A stretch of DNA of 64,000 nucleotides from Eukaryota sp. GEM-RC1. Its lineage: Eukaryota. The translations under genes were made by a program, and so were the position numbers. Below are positions 35,406-49,277 of the stretch, piece by piece (position 1 is the stretch's first letter; every line of letters begins with the position of its first letter). Where the stretch lies: contig JAUFOQ010000005.1 of assembly GCA_040285855.1 (NCBI GenBank), positions 806,001 to 870,000 of the forward strand, in the 5' to 3' direction. The notes beneath the pieces were generated by a model, which was not told the DNA's origin, ran no database searches, and saw nothing but the letters and a program-made list of their open reading frames with translations.

Positions 35406-36202
35406 TATTTGAAAAACTTGTGATTTATGTATGTGATTGCCAACACTGGTTACAACGCCAGATCTGGTTTATTTAAAGAGCTTTAATATTATATTGGACT
35501 AATGATTTTAGAACAAAAATTGTTTATAGATGAGAATGACAACAATAAATATCCCGATAAAATCTACACAACACTAGACACAATAATTTCTTGATCTAGA
35601 AAACCACAGTTATTAAATCAATTAGTGTTAATTGATGCAATGTATTGGTGCTTACATGTGACTTTTGAAAAAGATTGTTTATAGTTGAAGCTCTCAAAGT
35701 TGTGGTGTTCGACTCGAGTCATGAGTAGTATACAAAGAAGTATGAAGTAGTATGAAGAGGCTCAGAGTAGGACTGACTTGTCTCAACAGAGAATATGTTA
35801 GAATGAAGATGAGAAGACAGTCAAACGGTTGGTAAAGCAGAATCATCTATTTAGATTTAGAAAGCAGAATTAGACTGCTTGTGGTGTAGTGATAACAACT
35901 AAAAGAGTCTTCTCGAGAAGTCGTTTAAGTAGGATAACAAACATGTAATAGAATCAGACAGAGATTCGGATGGAGAGGGAAGGAGATGAACAAGTACATG
36001 ACATGACATAGTTTGAGGCCCTTGTGATCCAGGAGATTACAACAGGTTAAGTTATGATACATTCATGGCCTTGCAAATGTATGATAGTACTCCTGAAAAG
36101 TACAACATTGCTGTCAGAAGGCATTTTGGAAGCCCGGCAGATCATAGTTCTTGACATCGAGGAGGATAAAGCTAGCTAGGAAAGGACACAAAGGCCTAAC
36201 AG

Positions 36203-36796
36203 ATGATTGAGGTGCTGCTGCTCCTGGCTGTTGCTGGAATCATCGTGTCTCCTCCCTTCATGTTTGATTTCCTTCGAAGTAAGAAAAAGTTCCGAGGCCT
36301 CCTTGTTGGTCTTGATGGTGCTGGAAAAACGACGCTTATTTATTTGCTGAAAGAAGGTGATATGTTTGACACCATTCCCACAACTGGATTCAATACGGAA
36401 GAAATTGCCTTTGGAAAAAACACGCTTGTCACATTCTGTGATGTGGGAGGTCAGGATTCGCAAAGATCTTTATGGAGCCACCACTTCGATAAGATTTCTG
36501 TTCTAGCCTTCGTCATTGATGGATCTAAACCAGAAAGGTTTGAAGAAGCAAAACAGGAGTTACTTCGCTTAGATCAAGAATCTCAGATTGATGATGATGT
36601 ACTTTGTGTCATTCTCTCTACCAAAATGGATCTCCCTGATTATGTTCCTTCTGAGGAGGTGAGTGTGGCTTTAGGTGTTTCTGACTTAAAGAGAGATTGG
36701 AGTGTTCTTCAAGTATCTGGAACCGACAAAAAACACGTCAAGGAGCTTGTTCGTTGGTTATCCGATCAATTGAGTACGCGAAAGCCATTGTTGTAA
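36203..36796 (+). CDS. Arf-family GTPase with N-terminal hydrophobic anchor
   Basis: GLDGAGKTT, PTTGFN, DVGGQ, TKMD; N-terminus MIEVLLLLAVAGIIV. Confidence 0.9.
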   Translation: MIEVLLLLAVAGIIVSPPFMFDFLRSKKKFRGLLVGLDGAGKTTLIYLLKEGDMFDTIPTTGFNTEEIAFGKNTLVTFCDVGGQDSQRSLWSHHFDKISVLAFVIDGSKPERFEEAKQELLRLDQESQIDDDVLCVILSTKMDLPDYVPSEEVSVALGVSDLKRDWSVLQVSGTDKKHVKELVRWLSDQLSTRKPLL

Positions 36797-37323
36797 GTAT
36801 TGTATCTATCTTTTTTTGTGTCTGCCAGTGTCGTAATACTTTCTCTTTTTAAATTTTGTCTAGAATAGCTCATCTTATATCTGGAAACTACACAATCAAG
36901 GGGGAAGGTCTAGGACAGAATCACAATCTCAAAAACTCGTGAATTGTCAGCTGTCCACAGTAGCAGTATTGACAAATGACGCAAGGTGTTTCACAAGTTT
37001 CAACCTGACATAACACCCCACGTTACTGTTTGCGTTGCGTCACGTCGACGTGCGTTACAACAAGACTCACTGAATCATATAAATTGATATCATCAAATGA
37101 GTGTTTAACACCATAGTTTTGTTTTTAAACTGAGATAATGATTGGAAGTCTTCATATCAAGAGGAAAGATAATCATATCATGTTACAATCTACACATATC
37201 CAATACAAAGCACAATATCTACAAATCAATGATGGGAAGCTTGTAAAAGCTTGTACAATTGAAGCCTGTATTGGTCCACAAAAGTCCACATCAAATTGAT
37301 CCTCTTTTCTCATTCCTTCCTAC

Positions 37324-38688
37324 ATGGATACGTCATCTGATTTGCACATTTCCAAGCAGGAAGGCAAGGAAACCAAGAGTATGCTTCAAATTCTATCGAT
37401 ATTTGCTGTTCTATTGGCCAATAGCGCTCTCTTGAACTCCATCAATGCAATTCTGGGACCACTTCTTGTTTCCAGACTTTATGAAGGATCTTCCACTGTT
37501 CTTGGTATTGTCGCTGGTCTGGGAAGTTTTTTTAAGTCTCTGGTGTGATTTGTGCCCTACTTTCTGATAGAGTTGAGTTTAAATCTGGTATGTACATGCC
37601 AGAATCTAATATTAGGGCGTCGTCGTCCTTTCATCCTCTTGGGATCTTCATTCATGATGATTGGAACGATACTGTGGCTCCTGATCGAATTGTTGGACGT
37701 GTCCATTCAAGTATTACGGTTACTTTTTGTTGTTGGTTTCTTTACTGCAGCAGCTGGTTTGAGTATAACACAGATGTTGAATGTTGCTTTGCTCGTTGAT
37801 ATCATTCCTATTGACCAACGTGGAAGTGGAAGTAGCATTGTTTCTCTTTACCAGGTTGTTGGATCTGGAATCGGTTTTGTTCTCTTTGCAGCAGATGTAG
37901 ATCTTAAATGGATATACACAGTCTTCCTACTCACGACGGTTATTGCCACCATACTAACTCTTTCAGCCTCAAAGGAGATTCCATTTAAGCGAGAAGCAGA
38001 TAAACCATTGAAACTCGGCTCAATCATTTCTGATTTAAAGTTCAATGTCTCTGAGCACTGGAATTTTATTTTGATTAGCTTTGTTAGACTACTCTTTTTT
38101 CTAGCTTTTGGAGTTCAGTCTTACCTCCAGTTCTTCCTCAGGGACATTCTAGATCAGGAGAATCCTGCTGCATCAATGTCAATCTTTGCAATAGTAATGT
38201 TAGCCTGTTGCTTTGTAATTGCTGGTCCAGTAGGAAAGCTTTGTGACAAGCACCCCAAAACGATTTTCATGCAACTTGGCCTTGCTGCTCGTATTATTGC
38301 TCTATTTCTATTACTTTTTGTCAATCAGTTCTGGCAAATGATGATTGGAGCAGTATTTCTTAGTTTTGCTCACATCAACTATGCTACCGCTGAGAACGCT
38401 TTAGTGATATCGTATTTACCATCTCAGAAACAAGCAGGTGCTTACATTTCACTATTTGGTCTTCTTGTTGTTATTGGAGTTTCTCTTGGGTCAATGATTT
38501 ATGGACTAATCTTGGACTTTTTCCCCGATGGTGAAAGCCTTCCTGGTATGCCCCAGCAATACACCAGAGCTGGTTACTCTCTCTGTTGGATTGTATCAAT
38601 GTCTTTCCTTGCATTGGCTTCATTATTTGCTTCTAAATTGAAGAAGCCTGTAACTGTTGATTCAAGTCAACTTAAGAATTCAGTGTAG
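37324..38688 (+). CDS. MFS transporter, tandem copy 1 (intron 37588-37615; 1-nt deletion near 37530)
   Basis: Splicing restores SDR...SGRRRPF; 12-TM MFS pattern; close paralog of 39567-40931. Confidence 0.88.
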
Positions 38689-39566
38689 ATCCACTCCATA
38701 TTTGTAACTGTAGCTTTTTGTTAAATTACATACTGGAAATTTAGATATCATTCCTTTGGCTGAGGAACTGTTAAGAGTGGCATTGTTTCAAAGCACATGG
38801 AGGGCTCTACCACAACCGTCACTTTTCTGAGAAGTAATAGATTCTGATTAGGTTTTGTTGGTTTGTTATCAAGTACAATGGACATGGACTTTCAAATGGA
38901 ATGCTGATATTATCCCAATCAAAAGAGTTTAAATGAGTTCATTCAGAAAGTTCATATGAACAAAGTTGAAAAGCAGAACACCATTTGCAGAACATTGTGT
39001 GGACAATATATTAGTATTGAGATCTAAAACAAAGAAATGTCTCTGAATATCCAGTAAAACGTATCCAAATGTGATTTGATATCTTCAATAAAATACCACT
39101 CATCTTAAACTACCATTGTGGAGACCATGGATGTGTTTTCTTTTCATGTGACTGTATTAAAAGACAACTGGTCAAATACAATGTAAGTGTTTCACCCGGA
39201 CCATCAATCAATTTCAATCAGCAAGCGAGAAGATCAAAAAATAAGACCAAATCGCAATGAAAAAGTGAATTACCTGACGAATAAGACGGCAAGATGCAAG
39301 ATGGAACTTCCACGTAAGCCAATGAGCTAGAATTGAGTCCTCTTATTGAGGAAGTCTAAAGAACAAGACAAGAACAAATACAAAAGAGCGATACTGTCAA
39401 CTAAACAGATCAAGCCAACCGTCAACCAAACTGTTGCTTACCAAACCAGATACACTCTCAGAAGATCTTAAACGACTGCATAATAGACTCTGAAGCCATT
39501 AGTCAGGAGAAGTCATTGGAGATTGACTCTGTCACTTTCCCTCACGTTTTTCTACGTTCTTCTTAC

Positions 39567-40931
39567 ATGGATTCGGCATCTGATTTTCAGAGTTTTAAGC
39601 AGGAAGGTAAGGAACCCAAGACTGTGCTGCAAATTCTGGCAATATTCGCTGTTCTATTGGCCAATAGTGCACTCCTAAACTCCATCAATGCAATTCTGGG
39701 ACCACTTCTTGTTTCCAGACTTTATGAAGGATCTTCCACAGTTCTTGGTATTGTTACGGGACTGGGAAGTTTCTTTCAAGTCTCTGGTGTGATTTGTGCC
39801 CTGCTTTCTGATAGAGTTGAGTTTAAATCTGGTATGTACATGTCATACTCTAATATTAGGGCGTCGTCGTCCTTTCATCCTTTGGGATCTTCTTTTATGA
39901 TGACTGGAACGATACTGTGGCTCCTGATCGAATTCTTGGATGCATCAATGTTCGTCCTACGAACTCTATTCGTTGTTGGTTTCTTCATTGCAGCAGCAGG
40001 TTTAAGTATCACACAGATGTTGAACACTGCCCTATTGGTTGATATCATTTCCATTGACCAACGTGGAAGAGGAAGTAGCATTGTTTCTCTTTACCAGGTT
40101 GTTGGATCTGGAATCGGATTCGTTCTCTTTGCAGCAGAAGTTGATCTCAAATGGATCTACTTGGTGTTCCTGATGACCACACTCATTGCCACCATACTAA
40201 CTCTTTCTGCCTCAAAGGAGATTCCATTCAAGCGAGAGGCAGATAAACCATTGAAGCTCGGCTCAATCATTACTGATTTGAAGTTCAAAGTTTCAGAAAA
40301 CTGGAATTTTATTCTGATCAGCTTTGTCAGACTTCTCTTCTTTGCAGCCTTTGGAATTCAGTCATACCTCCAGTTCTTCCTCAGAGACATTCTAGATCAG
40401 GAGAATCCTGCTGCATCAATGTCATGGGTCGCCATCACAATGTTGGCATGTAGTTTTGTAATTGCTGGACCAGTTGGAAAGCTTTGTGATAAGCACCCCA
40501 AGACGATTTTTATGCAAATTGGTTTTGCCGCTCGTATCACAGCACTGTTTCTTTTGATATTTGTCAATCAGTTCTGGCAAATGATGATTGTGGCGGTCTT
40601 CCTTAGTTTTGCTCACATCAACTACTCTACCGCTGAGAACGCTTTAGTGATATCGTATTTACCATCTCAGAAGCAAGCAGGTGCTTACATTTCACTGTTT
40701 GGTCTTCTTGTTGTTATTGGAGTTTCTCTAGGATCAATGATTTATGGACTTATCTTGGACTTTTTCCCTGATGGTGAAAGTCTTCCTGGTATGCCTCAGC
40801 AATACACCAGAGCTGGTTACTCTCTCTGTTGGATTGTATCAATGTCTTTCCTTGCATTGGCTTCATTATTTGCTTCTAAATTGACGAAGCCGGCAACTGG
40901 TGATTCAACTCAACTCAAAAATTCAGTGTAG
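39567..40931 (+). CDS. MFS transporter, tandem copy 2 (intron 39832-39859; 1-nt deletion near 39880)
   Basis: Same intron position as copy 1. The 471-aa ORF in the track reads through the intron only because of a compensating missing base. Confidence 0.88.
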   Translation: MDSASDFQSFKQEGKEPKTVLQILAIFAVLLANSALLNSINAILGPLLVSRLYEGSSTVLGIVTGLGSFFQVSGVICALLSDRVEFKSGMYMSYSNIRASSSFHPLGSSFMMTGTILWLLIEFLDASMFVLRTLFVVGFFIAAAGLSITQMLNTALLVDIISIDQRGRGSSIVSLYQVVGSGIGFVLFAAEVDLKWIYLVFLMTTLIATILTLSASKEIPFKREADKPLKLGSIITDLKFKVSENWNFILISFVRLLFFAAFGIQSYLQFFLRDILDQENPAASMSWVAITMLACSFVIAGPVGKLCDKHPKTIFMQIGFAARITALFLLIFVNQFWQMMIVAVFLSFAHINYSTAENALVISYLPSQKQAGAYISLFGLLVVIGVSLGSMIYGLILDFFPDGESLPGMPQQYTRAGYSLCWIVSMSFLALASLFASKLTKPATGDSTQLKNSV

Positions 40932-42938
40932 ATATCATTACGCTTTTAAATAAATGTACATTTCTTCACTTAATTTCTCCTTCTAGTTCTTCAATCAATT
41001 AATTTCACAGATCAGAAGAATGTATTTCTCCGATACCACGAAGTAGTCAACATAGTTTTAGGAGTCTCATAGTCATAATTTATCACTTACAAAATAGAGA
41101 AGTGGTCACACGTGGCAGTCGAAAAATTTCAGTCTGGTACAATGCTCAAAATAACAAATTTTATACACACAATCATTTTGCAATAAGCTCTATTTTGAAT
41201 GATTTGAATGGATATTTTGAAAAGGCTGAACTTCGTAAGCGTTCTAGTAATGCTGATACTTTGAAGAAGTTAATAAAAAATTTGAAATCGTGTCAAAAGG
41301 TCCTGTCATCATCAACACAACCGTACATTGTGTACTTTTGTACAGAAACTGTCCATATTTATTGAAACGAATTAGTAGATGTTGATGAAGCTGTTTTCTT
41401 ATTCAACGCACACACTGTTCAGCAGTGAACGAAAGATACCGTTTTACAACTAAATTTCTGATTAATCTTCATGAATCTCGATGAAATGACAACAATTCTG
41501 AAGCAATCACAAGAAGAAAACGATTAGATAAGTATGGACGAGCCAAAAACTGTACAATGGATTGGGTTTACCCACAGCTAGAGCATGACTTGAGCTATGA
41601 TATACACAAATATATTTTGTTCTATTTGTGTTTTATCGCCTTTTGTTCATAGTTGTACTTCACACCAATTTTGCTCTGTTTTGTGATTTGTAACGACAAA
41701 TCACAATCATACATGATATGACAAGTGTACTCTTCATTACTGATATTTTGTTGATCCTTGTAATTCTACTTTTACCACAGAAGTACTTGATGATGAATTT
41801 TCGGTCATTGACCATGCTGAAAACAAGAAAAGATGGTTTTTCGATACGGGGATTGTTTTGAAAAGTTAAACTCTCAAAGACACAATGCTTTTGTTTTTCA
41901 ACCTTTTGGAATTTCTTAATAAGGTAATTTACGTACTGTAGCTAATAATTTCTCATGTTCGTTTAAAGATTTGTGTAATGATTTCGATAAAAAGTTCAAC
42001 AGTTGTTTTTGGAGAGATCATCTAGTTTTTGCTTTATTTCGTTCTATGAAGAATTACTTTGATGATATCTAGAAGGGTTTGTTTGGTGGTGGAAACGTTT
42101 GTGTGGGGTAGGTTTATCTGTCTTTTTTACTTTCTTGAGGGTAAGATTATGGATTAAAGCACACTTTGAATGAAAATATATCCAGTTGTGAGCTCCACAC
42201 AATTTGAACTCCTACACGAGAGAGTTAAACAGTTGGTAACTGATAATGAATTTGAACAAAATGATTAATAATTTTTTCCACATCAATCATTTACTAATTC
42301 ATCAGTTTCAGCTAATTATTCTACGACTAGTAGTTTTTCTTGTTAGGCAATGCTGTAATTCCGACACATTGTCATCATCTATGTTTGATTCAACCACAAA
42401 ATGCAAAGGATTTTCACTTGTGGTGTCAACTATTGCGCTTTTAACATACATGTCTTCTATTATCTCAACATCTGGAGATTCATCTTTGTTCTCTACTTTT
42501 GCATCTTCCTAAGATGTCCCAAATTGCTCAAAATTCAGATTTGTATCTTCTTGCTTCCAATAGAGGTAGGTTACAATAACACCAACACATCTTCATCTTT
42601 TTCTAAAGTTCAACCAGTTTTGAATCACCTTTCAGAAAATGAATTTCCTGATCAATGAAATATTGATTTCCGTTGTTGGACTCGTTGTTCAAAATTTTCT
42701 AAATTATCTTAAGACATGACCTGTCCCTAGTACCCTATTGTCATTGGTACCAGGAGTTTTTATCGATAATTTCTTATTGTTAGATAACAATATATCTATC
42801 TATTTACTGTCTCCAAGAGTATTCCGATATATTGCGATAAATAAAGATAATTTTTAGGAGAAAAAATAGACCATTACTCTGTGATTTCTAAGAAACAGGA
42901 ACTCCGATTGTTTCAGTTACGTCATTTTCACTCTTCAC

Positions 42939-43636
42939 TAGGGATGGCAGCAAAACCAATGGTTCTGGTTAAACCAATGGATAGGATTGGTTTGGTCTGG
43001 TTTGGTTCTAAAATCCGGAACCATCATGGTTTTGGTTCTGGTTTGGTTCCAACTGCAAAAACCAGAACCAAACCAGAACCATGATGACTTCAGCATATAT
43101 TTTACTTACACAACATCCTAAAAGTACCTACGAACAAAAGTGTTCGAAACGTTATTAAATCAGGTCCGCTTGTACAGTGGAAATTGCACAGTAAAGAGTA
43201 TCCTCCTTTGGCAGAGATTTTCTAATCATTCTGTGAAAGTGTTTTTTCCGTTGCTGACCTCATCAAGTGCAAAAAAATATCATCACTTGACGACGAATCT
43301 TTAACTTCGTTATGCTTAAAGTATTGGCTCAATTATGGCTATGAATTAGTTTATTGTAGTGATGACGAAAACGATGAATCGTCTCTTTCTTTAGATTCAC
43401 AAGACACCAAGGCATTCATCCACCTTTGTATTAAAACGACAGTAGTTTGTGATGAGTTTCATCAATAGAAACAATTACAAAAAATTAATTTATTCAAGCC
43501 GAAAAAATATCGGTTTGGCTCGGCTTCAAGTCGACTTGTCACTTTGGTTCGGCTTATTCAAATGGCTCAAGCCAAAGCCGAACCAGTTTGGAATTTTACA
43601 AGCCAAACCGTTCGGCTCAAGCCGTTGACAGCTCTA
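42939..43636 (+). mobile_element. hAT relic(s): TAGGGATG-type left end, dimerisation-domain remnant, TAGAGCTGTCAA-family right end
   Basis: Subterminal aaccagaacc/ggtttggtt repeats; EYPPLAEIF*SFCESVFSVA...LDDESL...CLKYW; terminal ttgacagctcta shared with 31254-31363. No TSD found. Confidence 0.65.
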
Positions 43637-43673
43637 ACTGTACTTTAATACATTTCATCAACTCATGGTTTAG

Positions 43674-45233
43674 ATGCTTTCCTCTTCATCTTCTCAACCA
43701 CTACGATTACAGACTGTTGGCCATTTCACATCACCAGTACGTTCTCGGTCTCATAGACACACTTCATCCTCTGTTTTCGTGTCTTCTAGCGATTCCGATA
43801 CATCAGATGATGATTCTTTTCTAAAGCGGTTGCACTTTTCGAGATCCTCGCTCTGATGAATATCGAACTTCTATTTTCCCCAAATCATTTAACTTTCTCT
43901 TCAATCATGTTACTATCATAATCTGGTCTCTATCGCCACCGCTTCTGATTTCTGTGATGATTCTTCTTGAATCCTTGAGTTCTTCTACTAAGAACGGAAT
44001 CATTCAATCCTTGATGGCTACAAATCTAGATGATCCTTTTCTGGCTCTTATGAATGTGGCTGTTTGTCTACTGTTCTCTCTCATGTCCTCTTTTCATCTT
44101 ATAAGTGATGCTATCACTCGTGTTAGGTATGAAGACCTGTTCAAAGACCACTTGAAGTGTTTAGAATCATTTAGTACTATTTTTAGTTACAGGTGGGATT
44201 ACACTGCAGAATCAGATGTCGATTACGTTCGAAACAAGATTGAAAATAACCTTCAAAAATCGTCTAATCATCGCAAATGGTCTAAAACATTGAAGAAAGA
44301 TTCTAAGGCATTGAAGTGGGATGATTACGTACTCCTCTACGCACTGAGTCTTCTTTTGGTTGGGGTACTTCTTCTGGTTTTGACCATATTACGGAATGTA
44401 TTTTTCTTCTATCTGTTCTCTTCTGGGCATCCACTTGCATATTTAGATTCTCTTCTTTTAATATGTTTATTTAATTTTCTTGGACGAAAGATGTTGTATT
44501 CTATAACTTCTTCATTACCGATTCCCGAGAGAGATTCTTTTAGGCTGTGGTGCCTTCTATTTTTAAAATTGTGCTTCTTTTCTATCCCATTGCTGTTTGT
44601 AGTTGGGGAATCCAGCTGTTTTCCTACTGATTTTGGTCTTTATATTTTTCAGTTACTTATCTTAACTTTCTTCTTTGATGTTATTTTTCCTTTCTTTTGG
44701 TACAAGTTTAGGTCTTTAAGTAAATCATTTGAAAAGCCTTTGTTTGACTTACCTCTGAGCCAAGCTAAAGTCTCTTACTACCATGTTTTGAGTTTCACAG
44801 CTCAATTCTATGTTCCAACTTTTGCTTTAGTTTCACTTCCTTTAGTATATCTTTATGGTAAGTATTTGTCTTACAGTTTAAGAAAGTGTTCACGTTTACC
44901 TTCAGCTACTTACAATGTGGATCATTGGAAAAGTTGTTTTCTTAAATCAGGAATTATTTCTTTTCCTATTTGTTCATCTTCTTTACTGTTTCAATGATTG
45001 TCAAGTTTCCATGTGGTACTTTTAAAGACAAACAATTGATGAACACGAGTATGTATACAACTCCGGTTTTTTTAATTTGCGGTGGTCTTCTTTTGGCATG
45101 GGTTAGTTATTTGGACAGTATGTGGAAATCTGTTAAGCTGAACTTTAGGCGGAAGTTCAATCAGAAGTCGATCAGTGCATTTTATAAGTACTATAAGAGA
45201 AGCTACAAGGACTCCAGATTTCTTGGAGTTTAA
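43674..45233 (+). CDS. TMC (transmembrane channel-like) family protein, divergent, frameshifted
   Basis: IFSYRWDY, CFPTDFG (CWET.vG-like), KPLFDL, FYVP, PCGTF (CGPF-like) in TMC order; paralog at 58.6-60.2 kb. Confidence 0.65.
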
Positions 45234-46051
45234 TTCAAGAAAACACCGTACTGTTTATGGTGACGTGAGAATTCGTGTATAAAACATTCAAACGGGTTTT
45301 AGCCAATAATAGACGAAGGTAAATTAAATTTAAGAAGTGAAACCTCGATAATGATTTATCTTAAGTTTGAGTTGTATTTTGTAGTAACACTAAATTAACA
45401 CATACTAATTCAAAGAATGAATATTCATCAATTTTCTGACAAACTGTTTTGAAGAAGAATACCAGATCATTTTAGAACATATTGACAAGTCCAAGTCATG
45501 ATAATCTTACAAATCAAAAATAGACTACTAGTAGTTGTCCAATAGTACGTCTGTATGGGTTTATACAATCAATTAATCCAACCTAATCGACATGTCCCAG
45601 GTACTTGGTTAGCATTTTAAAACATAGTTGGAAAATACAGAATACATGTATTCTGTGTATTTTGTATTTGTATTTGTATTAATACAAAGCCCTTATTTGT
45701 ATTTTTGTTTGGTAATTTTAGTATCAGTATTTAGTCTTAATCATTCCATTAATTTGCATAGCCAATGCAGATTCATATGACAAAATACTGCTTCAATGCC
45801 AAATACAGTGTTTTTTCTGCAAAAGTACGTACAAATGTAGTATGAAGCATACTTGTGGATCACACTGGCCTTTTTTTGTGATCACATCACTTGTGATTCA
45901 AATGTGATCCATACTGAAGTGAAGTCATTAATGTAATACATGTATGTGATAAACCTAGACCAGTTGTAATTGTTCAACAACACTCTACAGTTTAGAGCAC
46001 AAGTGTAGAGTCTAATCTGGTGCTCGTAAACTACATTTACCCTTTCCCAAA

Positions 46052-46826
46052 ATGTCATCACTTCCTTTTCTCCAATCCGAATGTAACAAGGACAATCCGC
46101 TTTACCAGCTCGTGAAAGTTCGTGAAAACACATCAGGTAAGGAAGACTTTCAATGTCAAAGGTGCTATAAGATATCAAACAATACTATTAATATATCATA
46201 CAATAGATTTTACCACAAAACTAACTACTTCTGAAGTCATTAATTTGGCTGTCCATCAATGGTGGTACTCTGTTGGTAACAGCTTTATCCACAGTTGAGT
46301 CAATTAGCTCGAAGAATTACAGGTCATACTGGTTCAGCATCTACAACACAAAGGAATTGGTCTTCATTTGACTTCCAGGTGTCCAAAAGAAGGTTGAAAT
46401 TGACCAACGATCATTTGGATGACATGATGATTATTCATTCCAATACTCCTCTTCTAAAACAAGAACCCAAAAATTTGAATCTCGGTATTCTCAACTAAAT
46501 ACTTGAGACCAAATCTCAAGTATGTGGGGGATGTTCTTTTGGATGTGGAAATGTGGGCATCAAACAGAGAAGATTCTTTAGTGTTGTTGGCAGAAGAAGA
46601 ACAACCGGCAGATACAATGGATGTTGTAGCAAATATTGATTTGAGAGGTGTTTTTGACGACATCACAGATGACGATGAGGACGAGGATGATAAAGAGGAT
46701 ATTGAAGAAGCTTTTGTGATTGAAAAAGCAGATATGGAGGAGTACATTGATGTAGATTGGTCTCAGGACAGTGAAATAGATCATGTTCGCAAAAGAAAGC
46801 TGTATGGTTATGTTATTTCGATATGA
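46052..46826 (+). pseudogene. hAT transposase remnant (BED finger start joined to the dimerisation domain)
   Basis: FQCQRCYK; WWYSVG; LARRITGHTGSASTTQRNWSSF...KRRLKL; acidic tail. Confidence 0.8.
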
Positions 46827-47898
46827 ATAAATATTATAATACATTATTATCAATTATTAATCATTATTATTTGGTGGTTTGAAATTTTTTTTAAAATTCC
46901 GTTTGAGATTTACTGATGTGTTTTCACAGATAATCGCACAGGATTCTGTGTGGTTACGTCCTCTTGATTGTGTCATTCAAAACCTACCTGCTGACATTTG
47001 GAACAAGTGTTTTCCTAAGTCAATCTCTTCTATTCCTGATAGGTCAATCGAGTTTCTACATTTATCTGTGGTAAAATTACAAAATTGAGTTTTACATGGC
47101 TTAGAAGACTTGGATTTTTGTAAACGTCTTAGTGTTACTAAGGTAAATAATCCCGTCTTTGCTGCTTTTCTTTTGGATTTAAAAAACTGTTCATCGTTTA
47201 TTACTCAACAGCCTAGACCTTATGGTCTTCATCTCAATAATGAGGCTTGGAAACTTAACATGCGTCTTCGCTTAGGTCTGTTTCCATCTGAATTGTTAAA
47301 TAATACTATGTGTTGTTGTGAAAAGAGACAAAAGCTGACTTCAGACACATTGTTAGTTGCAAAAAATTTCTTCAGTTTAGATCGATTGTACACAATGCTG
47401 TTCGTGACGTTACGTATGAAATGTTTAAATGTCATGGGTTTAATGGGAAAATCGAACCTCTTCTTAAGCATTATAGTGATGATAATATTACCAATTCTCG
47501 ACGAGGTGATCTCATTGTTCCATATCATGATTCTTGTCAAGCTGTGATAGATTTTACTACTGTTGAATTCATGTGCTAAAGTATATTTGAATTCAGTTTC
47601 GAGTGATACTGAAAATTATTTATCCAAAGCTGAAAAATGAAAAATTAGTACATATTCTGACACAATGATAAAACTGAATTCCAATTTGTATTCTTCTTTT
47701 AAGTTCATTCCTTTTGCTATTTCAATTCTTGCTAATATTGGAATTGCTGCTGAAAAATTCTTTGATGCCTTTTCAAAGTTGTGCCGTGACCATAGAAAAT
47801 TTTTTAATGTCTATTTGGCGCAATCGCATTGTTTTTTCCTTATATAGAAGTTTCCCAAAGTATTTGAATCGTATTCTGGACAAATTGTATCGAAATTG

Positions 47899-48554
47899 CA
47901 GGGCCCCTCACAAATAAATATAAATTCTATTTATTTCTATTTATTTTTATTTATATTTATTTTTGAGCCTTTTTGGCGATCATGCAAATAAAACAAAATA
48001 AAAAAGTATATAAATAAATATAAATAAAATATCGGAAAGTAAACTTCATGATCTCTATAATACATGAATTAATTTAGTGCTCAAGGTTGTTGATTGACTT
48101 GAAACATGATGTGTGAAATACTCAAGCTCAGCCCAGAATCAAAGTCAACTCATTTTTCCTCAAACTTTGCCATTTCTATGTCGAACCTAACCGATGCAGA
48201 CGAGCCTTTACTTGTGTTCTAAGCCAATCCCACAACTATATCCGGACGTATGATCAGTGAACGATTCTAATGGTCGTCCACGATGCTGAACTTCGAACTA
48301 ATGTTGAAGACCCACAGGTGGTGGCGACACAGTCAGAGCAATTATACGAAGCAGAAAGTCAACTAACCATTTTCGACAAGAAAGGGATGATCAAATGGAT
48401 TGTGTAATCATCGATAGTGACTGAGACAAACTGAACTAGTAAAATATTTGGTTTTTATTTGGGTTTTATTTTGTTTTAATTATATTTATTCCACATTTAT
48501 TTTTGGCACTTTTTGATGTTCAAATTATTTTAAATTATCTTATGAGAGGGCCTG
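47899..48554. mobile_element. hAT-type MITE C
   Basis: Imperfect TIR CAGGGCCCCTCACAA vs CAGGCCCTCTCATAA; flanking duplication GAAATTG (47892-47898, 48555-48561); AT-rich subterminal repeats. Confidence 0.7.
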
Positions 48555-48578
48555 GAAATTGTATCGTGGTAGTTCAAG

Positions 48579-49277
48579 CAGCAATGTAAAAATATCTTAT
48601 TGTTATCTTATTGTTTTTCTGACATTCAACAATAAATGTATTGTCTGGATTGATATCTTATCTTATTTATTGGTTATCTTGAGTCAAAACAATAAATATA
48701 TCTTCAATAACGACGGTATCAAATCACTAAGAGCAAGAATTTGATCACATTCATCAATTGTGGCCTAATTGTATTGAGGTGTGAGATACTATATTCAATG
48801 TTTCCAATAGAAGTTTGGTCCCATAGATCAACATACTACAACAAGAAAAGTTGCTTTCCTAACGCTTTTGAATTCAGATTTGGTTTAGTGTTTCCTGAAG
48901 TCCTTCTGAGCTAGACTGACAAGCATCCCATCTTCATTTCTAGTTACAGGTATCCAACTTAAATCTATATACTGTAGATCTTGATTAGATCGTTGCTGTT
49001 TACGTTTGTTCAATCTTTAATTTACCCCAATGGTTCTCTGTTAATCTGGGAGTTCAAATGCTTCAACACAATCCTACTTTATTCTAAATTGACATCAAGA
49101 AAAAATCAGGTTACAACAAGAAAAAGAACGTTCTTGAATTATCTTATCTTATTGAAATATATCGTATATTGTTGAGTTTTGAAGATAAATATATTGTTGA
49201 TAGAGATGTCCACAATAAGATAACAATAAATATATTTATTGTTATTGTGCAATATATTTATTTATTTTACATTCCTG
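48579..49277. mobile_element. hAT-type MITE D
   Basis: TIR CAG(C/G)AATGTAAAA; perfect 8-bp TSD AGTTCAAG (48571-48578, 49278-49285). Confidence 0.9.

Noticed and set aside
41100..42660. Decayed coding-like sequence on both strands
   Set aside because: No recognisable motif; cannot support a call.
42950..43085. Short repeats resembling a CRISPR array (also 31254-31363, 43500-43636)
   Set aside because: Irregular 5-10 bp motifs in both orientations with no unique spacers; these are hAT subterminal repeats.
47910..48030. AT-rich tract as the retrotransposon poly(A)/tail
   Set aside because: It lies inside MITE C; the CRE sequence resumes after 49285.
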